This document shows positions 37,332 through 46,462 of a stretch of 64,000 nucleotides of DNA, piece after piece. The first letter of the stretch is position 1; each line of letters opens with the position of its first letter. The notes beneath the pieces are model-generated. The model ran no database searches and had not been told where the DNA came from. It saw nothing but the letters and a program-made list of their open reading frames with translations. The stretch lies in the NCBI GenBank assembly GCA_050246755.1, contig JBFWVL010000001.1, forward strand, positions 864,001 to 928,000, given 5' to 3'. The DNA is from Bacteriovoracia bacterium. GTDB lineage: Bacteria; Bdellovibrionota; UBA1018; CAIPTA01. Both the position numbers and the translations under genes were made by a program.

Positions 37332-38096
37332 TTACTGGCGGCGCGGATCGTTCGCGGGAATGCCGTTTACGGGAGCCACCACCGACAGAGAATCGGCCGG
37401 GTAGGTATAGAACTGGCGAAACTGGGTAAACTCCACCGTCACGTTCTTCGTAGCCAAATTAACTCCCGCCACCACGGCGTCGAGCTGGAGATTCTGATTT
37501 TGCTTCACGCGGTCGCCTACGCAGATTTTCACCACGCAGCCGCGCGCGTAGGTGAGGTCGTCGCGGTTATAGGTATTAAGATTGGGCATGTTATCGAACT
37601 GCACCGTTACCTTTTTGGTCCTCGGATTCGCGGCGATCACCGTGCCTCCGCTCGGGCGGTAGTTGGCGTGAAACGCACGCACCTTTTCTTCCTGAAGCAC
37701 GGAGCGGGTAAGATTGGCGGAATCATAGGTGAAGAAATTGCTCATCGAATCGAAACGCAGGGTGATTTTGTCCGTGACTGCATTGGTGCCGACGACGGTG
37801 CCGAGCGCCACGCCGAATCCGATATGCGCTACGCGATCGCCCACGCAAAAAGCGCCGCTGCAACCTTCCGCAAAGGTGAGCGTTTCTTTTTGTACGTTAT
37901 AGAGGCTTGGAAAATTTACGAGGCGAACCGTAACGAGCCCGGCCTGGGCATTCGTTGCCATCACCGTTCCGGGGTATACATTTTGGTAGGTGTAAAAAAT
38001 TTGCTGCCCAACTTGGATGGGATTATTGGCCGGCTCAACCGCGGCGAACGCCGAAATGGTCAGTAACCCGAAAATGAAAAATGCCGAAAACTTCAT
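37332..38096 (-). CDS. secreted protein with four SH3/KOW-like beta repeats
   Basis: Signal ending AFA; units [CQ]VG[DQ]...GTV...N.....T[VL].F...; GGGAG SD before ATG 38096. Confidence 0.75.
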   Translation of the reverse strand: MKFSAFFIFGLLTISAFAAVEPANNPIQVGQQIFYTYQNVYPGTVMATNAQAGLVTVRLVNFPSLYNVQKETLTFAEGCSGAFCVGDRVAHIGFGVALGTVVGTNAVTDKITLRFDSMSNFFTYDSANLTRSVLQEEKVRAFHANYRPSGGTVIAANPRTKKVTVQFDNMPNLNTYNRDDLTYARGCVVKICVGDRVKQNQNLQLDAVVAGVNLATKNVTVEFTQFRQFYTYPADSLSVVAPVNGIPANDPRRQ

Positions 38097-38241
38097 AGAT
38101 TCTCCCAAAGTTCCGGGAACTTATTAAAAATGATGCATTAAGTCAAACGTGATTTTCCTCTTTGTCCTTATATGCCGTTCTGCCCTTTTGCTTTTCTACT
38201 CCTGCCCCTTTGCCCCCGCTTTTGCTAAGATCCCGTTACTT

Positions 38242-39996
38242 ATGGATAAAGAACTCGCCGAACTAGTCGCCACCCCGAAACTTTCCCCCCTCGAAACAAT
38301 GCGCCATTCCTGCGCGCACGTGATGGCCCACGCGATCACTCGTCTCTATCCGGGATCCCAGTTCGGCGTAGGCCCGCATATCGAAAACGGCTTTTACTAC
38401 GACGTTCTTTTCCCCGAGCCCGTTACCGAAGAAATCTTGCCCAAGATCGAAGCCGAAATGCGCAAGGTGATCAAGGAAGGCAATTCCTTCAAGCGCTCGG
38501 AGCTGACTCCCGAAGAAGCTTCGAAATATTTCGCCGAGAAGGGCCAGCACTTCAAAGTGGAGCTGATCCGCGATTTGAAATTGAAGTCCGTGAGCCTCTA
38601 CGAAGAAGGCAAATTCACCGACATGTGCCAAGGCCCCCACGTGGCCAATACCAAGGACATCAAAGCTTTCAAGCTCACTCACGTAGCGGGCGCTTATTGG
38701 CGCGGGAACGAAAAGAACCCGATGCTTACTCGCATCTATGGCCTGGCGTTCAATACCCAGCAAGAGATCGACGATTATTTGAAGATGATGGAAGAAGCCA
38801 AGAAGCGCGACCATCGCAAGCTCGGCAAAGAGCTCGATCTCTTCAGTTTCCACAAAGAAGCGGCCGCGATGCCGTTTTTTCACCCCAAGGGAACGATCGT
38901 TTATAACCAGCTCGTAAACTTCATGCGCAAGCTCTACGTAAAGTACGGCTACCAAGAAGTGATCACGCCGCAAATTCTCGATGTGGAGCTCTGGCATACC
39001 TCCGGACACTACGACAATTACAAAGAGGCGATGTATTTCTCCGAGCAGGACGATAAGCCGGTGGCCATGAAGCCCATGAATTGCCCTTGCCACATGCTCA
39101 TCTTCGGCACCACTCAGCACTCCTACAAAGAGCTTCCGCTCCGCTTGGCCGATTTCGGCCGTCTTCACCGCTACGAGCGCTCGGGCGTGACGGCCGGCCT
39201 CACCCGCGTACGCTCTTTTTGCCAAGACGATGCCCATATCTTCGTGGCCGAAGAGCAAATCGGCGAAGAAGTGACGAAAGTGATCGCGATGATCCGCGAG
39301 GTATACGAAGTGATGGGCCTCTCGGAACCTCTCGTTTATCTTTCTACTCGCCCGGAAAAGCGCCTCGGCTCCGACGAGCTTTGGGATAAAGCCGAAGCCG
39401 CCCTCGAGAATGCCATCAAGGTGAACGGAATGAATTTCGTGGTGAACGCCGGTGACGGTGCTTTCTACGGCCCGAAAATCGATTTCAACGTGAAAGACGC
39501 AATCGGCCGCTACCACCAGCTCTCTACCATCCAGCTGGACTATCAGTTGCCCGCACGCTTCAAGCTCGAGTACGTAACGCCAGACAACGGCCGCGCCATG
39601 CCGGTGGTGATCCACCGCGCGGTGCTCGGTTCACTCGAGCGCTTCATCGGTGTGTTCATCGAACATACCGCCGGCGCCCTGCCGTTCTGGGCGGCTCCTA
39701 TTCAAGCGCGCTTCGTGCCGATCAATGATTCGCACGTGCCGTTCTGCAAAGCGGCCGCGGAGAAAATGAAGGCCCTCGGTTTGCGTGTGGACGTGGATGA
39801 TTCCAACGGCTCCATGGGCGCCAAAACCCGCGAAGCCCAGACGCAGAAGATTCCCTTCATGCTCGCGGTGGGCGACAGGGAATTGGCAGCCAACTCTTTC
39901 AGCGTGCGCAAATACGGCGAGAAAACTTCGGCTACCCTCTCGGAAGCCGACGCAATTGCGCAGTTTATGGCACTGAACGAGCCGCTGAAAAAGTAG
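38242..39996 (+). CDS. thrS: threonine--tRNA ligase (no N-terminal TGS domain)
   Basis: RHSCAH, GAYWRG, RDHRKLG, KPMNCP, GAFYGPK, HRAVLGSLERF. Confidence 0.97.
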   Translation: MDKELAELVATPKLSPLETMRHSCAHVMAHAITRLYPGSQFGVGPHIENGFYYDVLFPEPVTEEILPKIEAEMRKVIKEGNSFKRSELTPEEASKYFAEKGQHFKVELIRDLKLKSVSLYEEGKFTDMCQGPHVANTKDIKAFKLTHVAGAYWRGNEKNPMLTRIYGLAFNTQQEIDDYLKMMEEAKKRDHRKLGKELDLFSFHKEAAAMPFFHPKGTIVYNQLVNFMRKLYVKYGYQEVITPQILDVELWHTSGHYDNYKEAMYFSEQDDKPVAMKPMNCPCHMLIFGTTQHSYKELPLRLADFGRLHRYERSGVTAGLTRVRSFCQDDAHIFVAEEQIGEEVTKVIAMIREVYEVMGLSEPLVYLSTRPEKRLGSDELWDKAEAALENAIKVNGMNFVVNAGDGAFYGPKIDFNVKDAIGRYHQLSTIQLDYQLPARFKLEYVTPDNGRAMPVVIHRAVLGSLERFIGVFIEHTAGALPFWAAPIQARFVPINDSHVPFCKAAAEKMKALGLRVDVDDSNGSMGAKTREAQTQKIPFMLAVGDRELAANSFSVRKYGEKTSATLSEADAIAQFMALNEPLKK

Positions 39997-39999
39997 ACG

Positions 40000-40422
40000 C
40001 TACGCCAGCCAGCTATCGCGGAGGTATTTGCCGATCACCGCGATGATTCCACCGAGAAAAGTTCCCCAGGCCATATCGACGAAAGCCAGGGTAAGCGGCC
40101 AGTGATTTAGGGTGGCATGATTGGTCATATCATAGATGCCGTAAACGGTGAGACCATAGAGAGCTCCCCAGATAAAGGCCAACGACCAAGAATCTCCCGC
40201 CAGCACTTTTGGCAGCACGAACACGGTGATACCAAACGCCAGGATCACGTACACCGCAATGGCCGCCCACAGAACCACGTCGAACTTTCCGTCCGCGGTG
40301 ATCCGGCCCACGGGACCGAACTGTTGCACGTAGAATTTCTGCGCGATCAGCCCGATCCAAAGAAAATCCACGATGGCCAGTGAAACCAACACGGCGAAAA
40401 AAAGTTTAAGCTGCGTAACCAT
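40000..40422 (-). CDS. DUF2177 family membrane protein
   Basis: DFLW, YGIYDMTN.ATL..W, D.AWG. Confidence 0.88.
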   Translation of the reverse strand: MVTQLKLFFAVLVSLAIVDFLWIGLIAQKFYVQQFGPVGRITADGKFDVVLWAAIAVYVILAFGITVFVLPKVLAGDSWSLAFIWGALYGLTVYGIYDMTNHATLNHWPLTLAFVDMAWGTFLGGIIAVIGKYLRDSWLA

Positions 40423-40654
40423 AGTCACCTCTTGCCTAATTATAGCGGGAAAGCATCACTTGGATATACCGTGAGACAAGCTGACCAAGCTCCCCAAGCC
40501 AACAACAATAAATCTCATTTATGTTAAAAAATTGCGCGCCGCGTTTGTCTTTTTGACTTTCTTTTGGTGTCAGAACGATCCCGATCTACTTAGAAATACG
40601 CGAACCGAATTGATCCACAAATTGAAGATTACAGGCTTTTTTCGGGTGATAACT

Positions 40655-40670
40655 AGGCACATTGATTGCT
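40655..40670 (+). promoter_or_regulatory. sigma54 -24/-12 promoter
   Basis: AGGCACATTGATTGCT, 47 nt upstream of ATG 40718. Confidence 0.75.
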
Positions 40671-40717
40671 CCGGGGTGAGCTGATAGCCCTCTACAAAGA
40701 AATGGAGAACCTACGAA

Positions 40718-41197
40718 ATGAAAAAAATTATCCTTAGCTTGATGGTATTGGCAGCGACCGCGTTCACGCTCAATTCTGCTTACGCTCAAGAACTCACCCT
40801 CGACTCGATCGCCGATGCGATCCTACGCGGCCCCGGAAATGGTGGCGGACACGGTGGAGGCCGCGGCCCTGGTCATGGACCTGGTGGTCCCGGTCATGGC
40901 AACCCTGGGCACGGCGGTCCTGGCCACGGAAACCCTGGACATGGTGGACCCGGTTACCCTGGGAACCCCGGTTATCCCGGAAATCCTGGCTACCGCAACG
41001 TGATCCTGAGCTGCAACAGTGGCGGCTATCGCTTCCAACGTTGCGCAATTCGCGGCGCCCGCATCTACCGCGCAGAACTCTACCGCCAAAACTCGAGCGC
41101 AGCTTGCGTGCGAGGCCGCACTTGGGGTTTCGACTCCCGTTCGGTATGGGTAGATCGCGGCTGTAAAGCCGATATCATCGCCACGATCGGCCGCTAG
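40718..41197 (+). CDS. secreted DUF3011 protein with GHG/GYP repeat linker
   Basis: C.S......C...RQ.S...C..GRTWG....VWVDRGC; repeats GPGHGNPGHGG. Confidence 0.85.
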   Translation: MKKIILSLMVLAATAFTLNSAYAQELTLDSIADAILRGPGNGGGHGGGRGPGHGPGGPGHGNPGHGGPGHGNPGHGGPGYPGNPGYPGNPGYRNVILSCNSGGYRFQRCAIRGARIYRAELYRQNSSAACVRGRTWGFDSRSVWVDRGCKADIIATIGR

Positions 41198-41220
41198 TAG
41201 CGCTTCGTTGAACTAACCGG

Positions 41221-41256
41221 AGGCCACTTTCCACAAGGGAAGTGGCCTTTTTATTT
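41221..41256 (+). terminator. intrinsic terminator
   Basis: AGGCCACTTTCC-ACAA-GGGAAGTGGCCT-TTTTATTT. Confidence 0.85.
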
Positions 41257-41354
41257 ATACACTACCTGCTACCGAGGATTTTCGACAATCCCCTCTCCCT
41301 CGGCTATCCTAATAGCTAGGCCCAAGACGGGCCGAGGAGCTACGGCCTTCCAGG

Positions 41355-42782
41355 ATGAAAAACGGCAAGATCATATACGACCCTCTATACGGGTTCATTC
41401 GCCTCACCGAAACCGAATACCGAATTATCCATTCTCCTTTCTACCAGCGCCTGCGTTGGATTAAGCAGCTTGGCTTTTCGAACTATATTTTTCCCGGCGC
41501 CGAACATACCCGCTTCGCCCACGCCCTCGGCGTGATGCATATGGGCGATCAGATCGTGCGCGCCATCGGCAAAGCCGTACCCGACGAAAAGCTCTTCGAC
41601 GCGAACGCACGCGATCCAGACACTCTCTTCCACAAGAACATCCGCATCTCGGCGCTCCTCCACGATATCGGCACCTTCCCTTTTTCCCATACCTGCGAAG
41701 GCGCCTATATCAAGCACGGCGATTCTTCCTATAAGCCGCAGGATCGCGGGAAGCCCCTCCCGAATAATCACGAGCATCTCGGCGCCTATATTTTAAAAAA
41801 CACGAACTACGACGGCGGAATCACCAAGATCCTGCAAGACGATGGTATCGATACCCAGGAAATTGCCCACTTCGTGAAGGGCGCCAGCAGCAGCATCCTC
41901 GGAAACCAGATTCTCCACTCGGAAGTGGATTGCGACCGCATGGACTACCTCATGCGCGATGCCTACTATACCGGGCTAAAATACGGGCAGATCGACCGCG
42001 AGTTCATCCTGCACCACATGACGGCGTTCGATACGGGCGACGGAAAACCCGGGCTCGCCATCAAGGACAATGCGCTCCACGCCGTAGAAGATTTCCTGAT
42101 CGCGCGCTTTGGCTGGTATTCGCAGGTGGTGCGCAATTCCGGCGGTGCAAAATACGATATCCTCGCCGAAACGATCACCAAGCATTTGCTCGAAAAACGC
42201 ATGATGCACCAGTTCCAGGACATCCTCGGGATGGTGGAAAAGGATCCGGAGCGCTTCTTTGGGTTCAACGATTTCTACTTCATGAATATCGTGCACCAAG
42301 CCTACCTAGATAAAACGGTGAAGAACCCAAAGATCCAGGAAATGATGAAGATGCTTCTGTTCCGCCAGAGCCCAATCGAGTACCAGCTCGCTCCCTTCGA
42401 ACACAAGCTCGTTACCCGGGACGAGGATGGCCTGCGGAAACGCGAGGCCTTAGTGAAAAAAATCCAAGAGCTCGTGAACAACTTCGAGGCCTGCATCCGC
42501 GACCACGGTGACGGCACCGAATGGCTGCTCTACGATATTCCCGACAGCGATATCGTATTCTCCCGCTCGATGAACGACATCGTACGAAAACGTACGGGCG
42601 ACAATCTCCTCCAGGAACGCGATCCCGTAAAGATCATGGACCGCCAAGGTAACGTTTCGCTTCTGATTGATAAAGAAAACTCCATTATCCGGATCCTGTC
42701 GAGCGTAGTGAACTTTATTCCCGTGCTCTATATGAATCCAGCTGCCGATAAATTACTCCGCTCGAAAGGCCTAGTAGGATGA
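41355..42782 (+). CDS. HD-domain phosphohydrolase (SAMHD1/YdhJ-like dNTP triphosphohydrolase family)
   Basis: DPLYG, QRLRWIKQLG, HTRFAHALG, LLHDIG..PFSH, DCDRMDYLMRD. Confidence 0.9.
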   Translation: MKNGKIIYDPLYGFIRLTETEYRIIHSPFYQRLRWIKQLGFSNYIFPGAEHTRFAHALGVMHMGDQIVRAIGKAVPDEKLFDANARDPDTLFHKNIRISALLHDIGTFPFSHTCEGAYIKHGDSSYKPQDRGKPLPNNHEHLGAYILKNTNYDGGITKILQDDGIDTQEIAHFVKGASSSILGNQILHSEVDCDRMDYLMRDAYYTGLKYGQIDREFILHHMTAFDTGDGKPGLAIKDNALHAVEDFLIARFGWYSQVVRNSGGAKYDILAETITKHLLEKRMMHQFQDILGMVEKDPERFFGFNDFYFMNIVHQAYLDKTVKNPKIQEMMKMLLFRQSPIEYQLAPFEHKLVTRDEDGLRKREALVKKIQELVNNFEACIRDHGDGTEWLLYDIPDSDIVFSRSMNDIVRKRTGDNLLQERDPVKIMDRQGNVSLLIDKENSIIRILSSVVNFIPVLYMNPAADKLLRSKGLVG

Positions 42783-43267
42783 TCATTCAACTTGTTATCG
42801 CCCTTGCCTCTTTCACTCAAATCGCCCACGCCGAGCGCCGGGCAGAAATTTATTGCAAACCGGCCCAAAGAATCTCGGATGGCGGAAGCTACGTGGAGAT
42901 CATGGAAAAAGACGGCGTTTACCACTATACCTTCACCAAGAGCTCCTTTGCCGGGCCTAGCGTCATCGCCGATTTTCCCGTAAGCATCGAGCGCGACCTC
43001 AGCGATTCCGGCTGTGAGCTGAAAATTTTAAAGTCGGCCACCCTGGACCACCGCTTCTCGGTGATCCAGCGAAAAGGCAGCACGAAGTGGACGCTTATGC
43101 CGATCAGCGATAAGCCCAAAAGCAAAGTTTCTGAGCTCGTATGCGAAGTAAAAGCTAGCGTAAGCTGTGAGCCCGCGAAGAAAAGCTCTGCCCCGGTGAT
43201 CGTACCGCTATGTAACGACGCCAACGCCGATAGCCCGCTCTGCAGCGGCGGGGCTAGCGCGGATTAA
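42779..43267 (+). CDS. secreted Cys-rich hypothetical protein
   Basis: Signal ending AHA; six Cys; ATGA overlap with the HD gene. Confidence 0.7.
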   Translation: MIIQLVIALASFTQIAHAERRAEIYCKPAQRISDGGSYVEIMEKDGVYHYTFTKSSFAGPSVIADFPVSIERDLSDSGCELKILKSATLDHRFSVIQRKGSTKWTLMPISDKPKSKVSELVCEVKASVSCEPAKKSSAPVIVPLCNDANADSPLCSGGASAD

Positions 43268-43285
43268 TAGCACCGCCAAAAACCA

Positions 43286-44113
43286 CTAATACAAACAATT
43301 AATACGATTGTAGTCGTTCTGCCCGAGCTTGCGCCGGATGAGATTCACTTCCAGGAACGGAAACATCACGGCATCGAGGTACTGGCTATTGAGGCCGGCA
43401 TTGCATGCGGGCGCGCTCGTTCCGTCCGTGGAGTCGGCAGTGGAACCATTGCAGCTGTGAAGCAAACCCAATACGTGGCCAAGCTCGTGCAGCAAAAGAC
43501 TCTCCACATCCACGCGCATTTTTCCCGGCGCATTAAATTCCTCGAAGTTCAGCAAAATACTAGAGCCCGTGATCCGTCCGCCCAGCGTGATCCAATCCGT
43601 TTGTCCCTGCACCCCAGTGGGAAGCAGGCGGCCCGGAGCCCCCGTGGAGGTAACCGCGCAAGAAGATCGGATGTTTTGGTGCGTGCCGGAGGCGGTAATT
43701 TTCCAGATACCCACCACGTCGGTGACTTGGGAAGTATAGGTCGCCTGGGAGCAATCTGATAAGGCGGGGATCTCGCGCCCAGCTTCCGTCCCGGTTCCAT
43801 CGTTGGTAATCGAGAATCCGCTGCGGCCCCGAAGATTCGCCCATCCGTTCCAAGTATTCGTAGCACTGCGGAGAGCGGGCAATATCTCGCCGTTGTCGGT
43901 CAGATAAAAATCATTGTCGAAAACCACGGGCACGGGAATCGAAGCCCAGGATCCCTGTAAGCTATTCCGTCCTTGGTCGGCCGGAAGCTGGCAATTGGTG
44001 AAATTCACGATGCGTCCCGAAGCGGAAGCGCCGGAAGGCCGCGCCGAACAGGCCGACGCCAGAACCAAGCCTAATAGAAGAATCCAAATCCGTTTGGTTG
44101 TCGTTCCGAGCAT
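43286..44113 (-). CDS. matrixin-like (M10) metalloprotease lipoprotein
   Basis: Lipobox ASAC; HELGHVLGLLH; Met-turn AVMFP. Confidence 0.88.
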   Translation of the reverse strand: MLGTTTKRIWILLLGLVLASACSARPSGASASGRIVNFTNCQLPADQGRNSLQGSWASIPVPVVFDNDFYLTDNGEILPALRSATNTWNGWANLRGRSGFSITNDGTGTEAGREIPALSDCSQATYTSQVTDVVGIWKITASGTHQNIRSSCAVTSTGAPGRLLPTGVQGQTDWITLGGRITGSSILLNFEEFNAPGKMRVDVESLLLHELGHVLGLLHSCNGSTADSTDGTSAPACNAGLNSQYLDAVMFPFLEVNLIRRKLGQNDYNRINCLY

Positions 44114-44311
44114 ATCCTTCGCTCCTGGCCATCCTCGGCCTCTGTTCATTTTCCGCTCCGGTAAGAATGGTGTCAATTTCCGTCGAGAAGCGGGCCGAAT
44201 TCATTCATCTTTCTCGACCTATTTACTTCTTCGGCCGAATCCAAAAAAATCTGATTCACTAGTGAATTCAATGCGTTTCCTTCCTTGCATTTCAAGGTTC
44301 AATTTGTTATT

Positions 44312-44350
44312 GAAGCCCCTGAGCTTCTCATCCGAGGGGCTTTTTCTTTT
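44312..44350 (+). promoter_or_regulatory. rimP-leader-like terminator/attenuator
   Basis: AAGCCCCT...AGGGGCTTTTTCTTTT downstream of a TTGCAT-N17-TATTGA promoter candidate and upstream of rimP. Confidence 0.55.
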
Positions 44351-44437
44351 AGCTCGCACTAATTCTGTTCGTTCGCGCTTCGAAGGAAAAGTTCTTCGCG
44401 GGGCGAAGTTGCGAAAAAACTTAATGGAATCAATAGG

Positions 44438-44983
44438 ATGACCAACGGACCGACTTCCCTCGCGGAACGGCTCGAAAGCATAATCGCCCCCTCGGTGAAA
44501 ACCCTGGGTTATGAGCTTCTGGAACTGGAATACCAGCCCCGGACCGCTCATGGAGGCGCACTGCTTCGGCTTTTCATCGACAGTCTTTCTGGAAATCCGA
44601 TTTCGTTTGAGGATTGCGTCGCCGTAGATAATGGACTCGATCCTCTTTTCGAGAGCCCGGAATTTATTGCAATGCTTTCAGAAACTTTCACGCTGGAAGT
44701 TTCTAGTCCAGGTATCGATCGGCCGCTCAAGAAGCCCAGTGATTTCAGCCAGCATGCGGGCAAGCGAGTGCAGATCAAAACCCACCGCGCACTCACGGCG
44801 GAAGAAATGGCGAACTCGAAGTATTTCGAGCATCACCAGAAGCAGAAGAATTTTTTTGGAATTCTCCGGGGATTTTCCGGGGACTTCGTAGAAATGGAGA
44901 CGGATAACGAGCGGTTCAAGATCCCGTTTGCCCTGATAGCCAAGGCGCACCTTGATCTCACCAGCGAATTATCCGTCGATTAG
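44438..44983 (+). CDS. rimP: ribosome maturation factor RimP
   Basis: LRLFID, LEVSSPGIDRPL; position before nusA. Confidence 0.95.
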   Translation: MTNGPTSLAERLESIIAPSVKTLGYELLELEYQPRTAHGGALLRLFIDSLSGNPISFEDCVAVDNGLDPLFESPEFIAMLSETFTLEVSSPGIDRPLKKPSDFSQHAGKRVQIKTHRALTAEEMANSKYFEHHQKQKNFFGILRGFSGDFVEMETDNERFKIPFALIAKAHLDLTSELSVD

Positions 44984-45003
44984 AAAATAGAAAAGGAATC
45001 AAC

Positions 45004-46404
45004 ATGAATTTCTCCGAACTAAGCAGAGTGATCGATGCCGTAGGCAAAGACCGTGGCATCAGCCGTGAAATCATCATCGAAGCTCTCGAACAGGCGATGC
45101 TAATGGCCGCCAAAAAGAAACTCGGCCCCACGGCGGAGCTTGAAGCTCATTGGAATAACGATTCGGGTGAAGTGGAAATTTTTCAATTTAAGCGTGTAGT
45201 AGAGAACGACGATAAAATCGCCGACGATGACCGTGAAATCGCCCTCGAAGAAGCCAAAAAGCTCGACGAAGAAGCCAAGCTGAACGACGAGCTTGGCATC
45301 AAGCTCGAGAATGTGAATTTCGGCCGCATCGATGCGGGAACCGCCCGCCAGATCATCCTGCAGAAAGTGCGCGATGCCGAGCGCGATATCATCTTCAAAG
45401 AATACATCGGCCGTAAAGGCCAGATCATCAGTGGGATCGCCCGCCGGATGGAGCGCGGAAACGTGATCGTGGATCTCGGCCGCACCGAAGCCATCATGAC
45501 CCGCCAAGGCACGATTCCCGGCGAACAGTACAAGCCAGGCGATCGCGTGCAGGCATTGCTGGAAGACGTAGCCGAATCGGCTCGCGGCCCCCAGTTGATC
45601 CTCTCGCGCACTTCGCCTAACTATCTGATCCAGCTCTTCGAAATGGAAGTACCCGAAATCGCCGAAGAAGTGGTGGAGATCCGCCTCTGCGTGCGTGAAC
45701 CAGGAGAACGCGCGAAAATCGCCGTTTACTCCAACGACCGCGACGTGGATCCGGTAGGCGCCTGCGTGGGCATGAAAGGTATCCGCGTGCAAAACGTGGT
45801 GCAAGAACTGCGCGGCGAGAAGATCGACATCATTCCGTGGAACGAAGACGTAACCGTATTCGTTCGCTCGGCACTCGCTCCCGCCGAAATTTCGATGGTA
45901 CGCGTGATTCCGGCCACCAATACTCTCGAGATCGTGGTGGAAGACGACCAGCTCTCCCTCGCCATCGGGCGCAAAGGCCAAAACGTGCGCCTTGCCTCCC
46001 AGATCACGGGCTGGAAAGTGGATATCCTCTCGAAATCGAAGCTCGATATGCGCACTAAAAATGCGATCATCAATTTACAGAATATCGAAGGCCTCAACGA
46101 AACGCTGGCGCAGTCGATCTATCAGTGTGGTTTCTTGAACGTGCTCGATCTCTCCCGCCAGCCGGTGGAAACTCTGGCCCGCATCCCCGGTTTCGATACC
46201 GAGGGCGGAGCCGCTGAGCTGAAGCGTAAGGCCGAAGCTGCCGTGCAAGCCATGGGGATGGAAGCCGCTTCCGGACGCAATGCCGACACAACTCTGCCCA
46301 CTCCCGGAAGCGCCGGAAACAAAAATGCATCACTCGCTAATGCAGATGCCCGCCTGAAAGAGGCCTTTGCTAACGCCGGTGGAGGCGAAAAAAAACCGGA
46401 GTAG
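45004..46404 (+). CDS. nusA: transcription termination/antitermination factor NusA
   Basis: S1/KH motifs, DPVGACVG, AIGRKGQNVRLA. Confidence 0.98.
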   Translation: MNFSELSRVIDAVGKDRGISREIIIEALEQAMLMAAKKKLGPTAELEAHWNNDSGEVEIFQFKRVVENDDKIADDDREIALEEAKKLDEEAKLNDELGIKLENVNFGRIDAGTARQIILQKVRDAERDIIFKEYIGRKGQIISGIARRMERGNVIVDLGRTEAIMTRQGTIPGEQYKPGDRVQALLEDVAESARGPQLILSRTSPNYLIQLFEMEVPEIAEEVVEIRLCVREPGERAKIAVYSNDRDVDPVGACVGMKGIRVQNVVQELRGEKIDIIPWNEDVTVFVRSALAPAEISMVRVIPATNTLEIVVEDDQLSLAIGRKGQNVRLASQITGWKVDILSKSKLDMRTKNAIINLQNIEGLNETLAQSIYQCGFLNVLDLSRQPVETLARIPGFDTEGGAAELKRKAEAAVQAMGMEAASGRNADTTLPTPGSAGNKNASLANADARLKEAFANAGGGEKKPE

Positions 46405-46462
46405 TTGGGGCCCCTGAAGGATACCTAAACTAACGGTTTGATGGATTTGGAGATACTAGAGA

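Noticed and set aside
38149-38241. Pyrimidine-rich tract before thrS as a T-box/leader or N-terminal extension
   Set aside because: No T-box motif or terminator; an extended -10 sits right before ATG 38242; the upstream in-frame peptide is not ThrRS-like.
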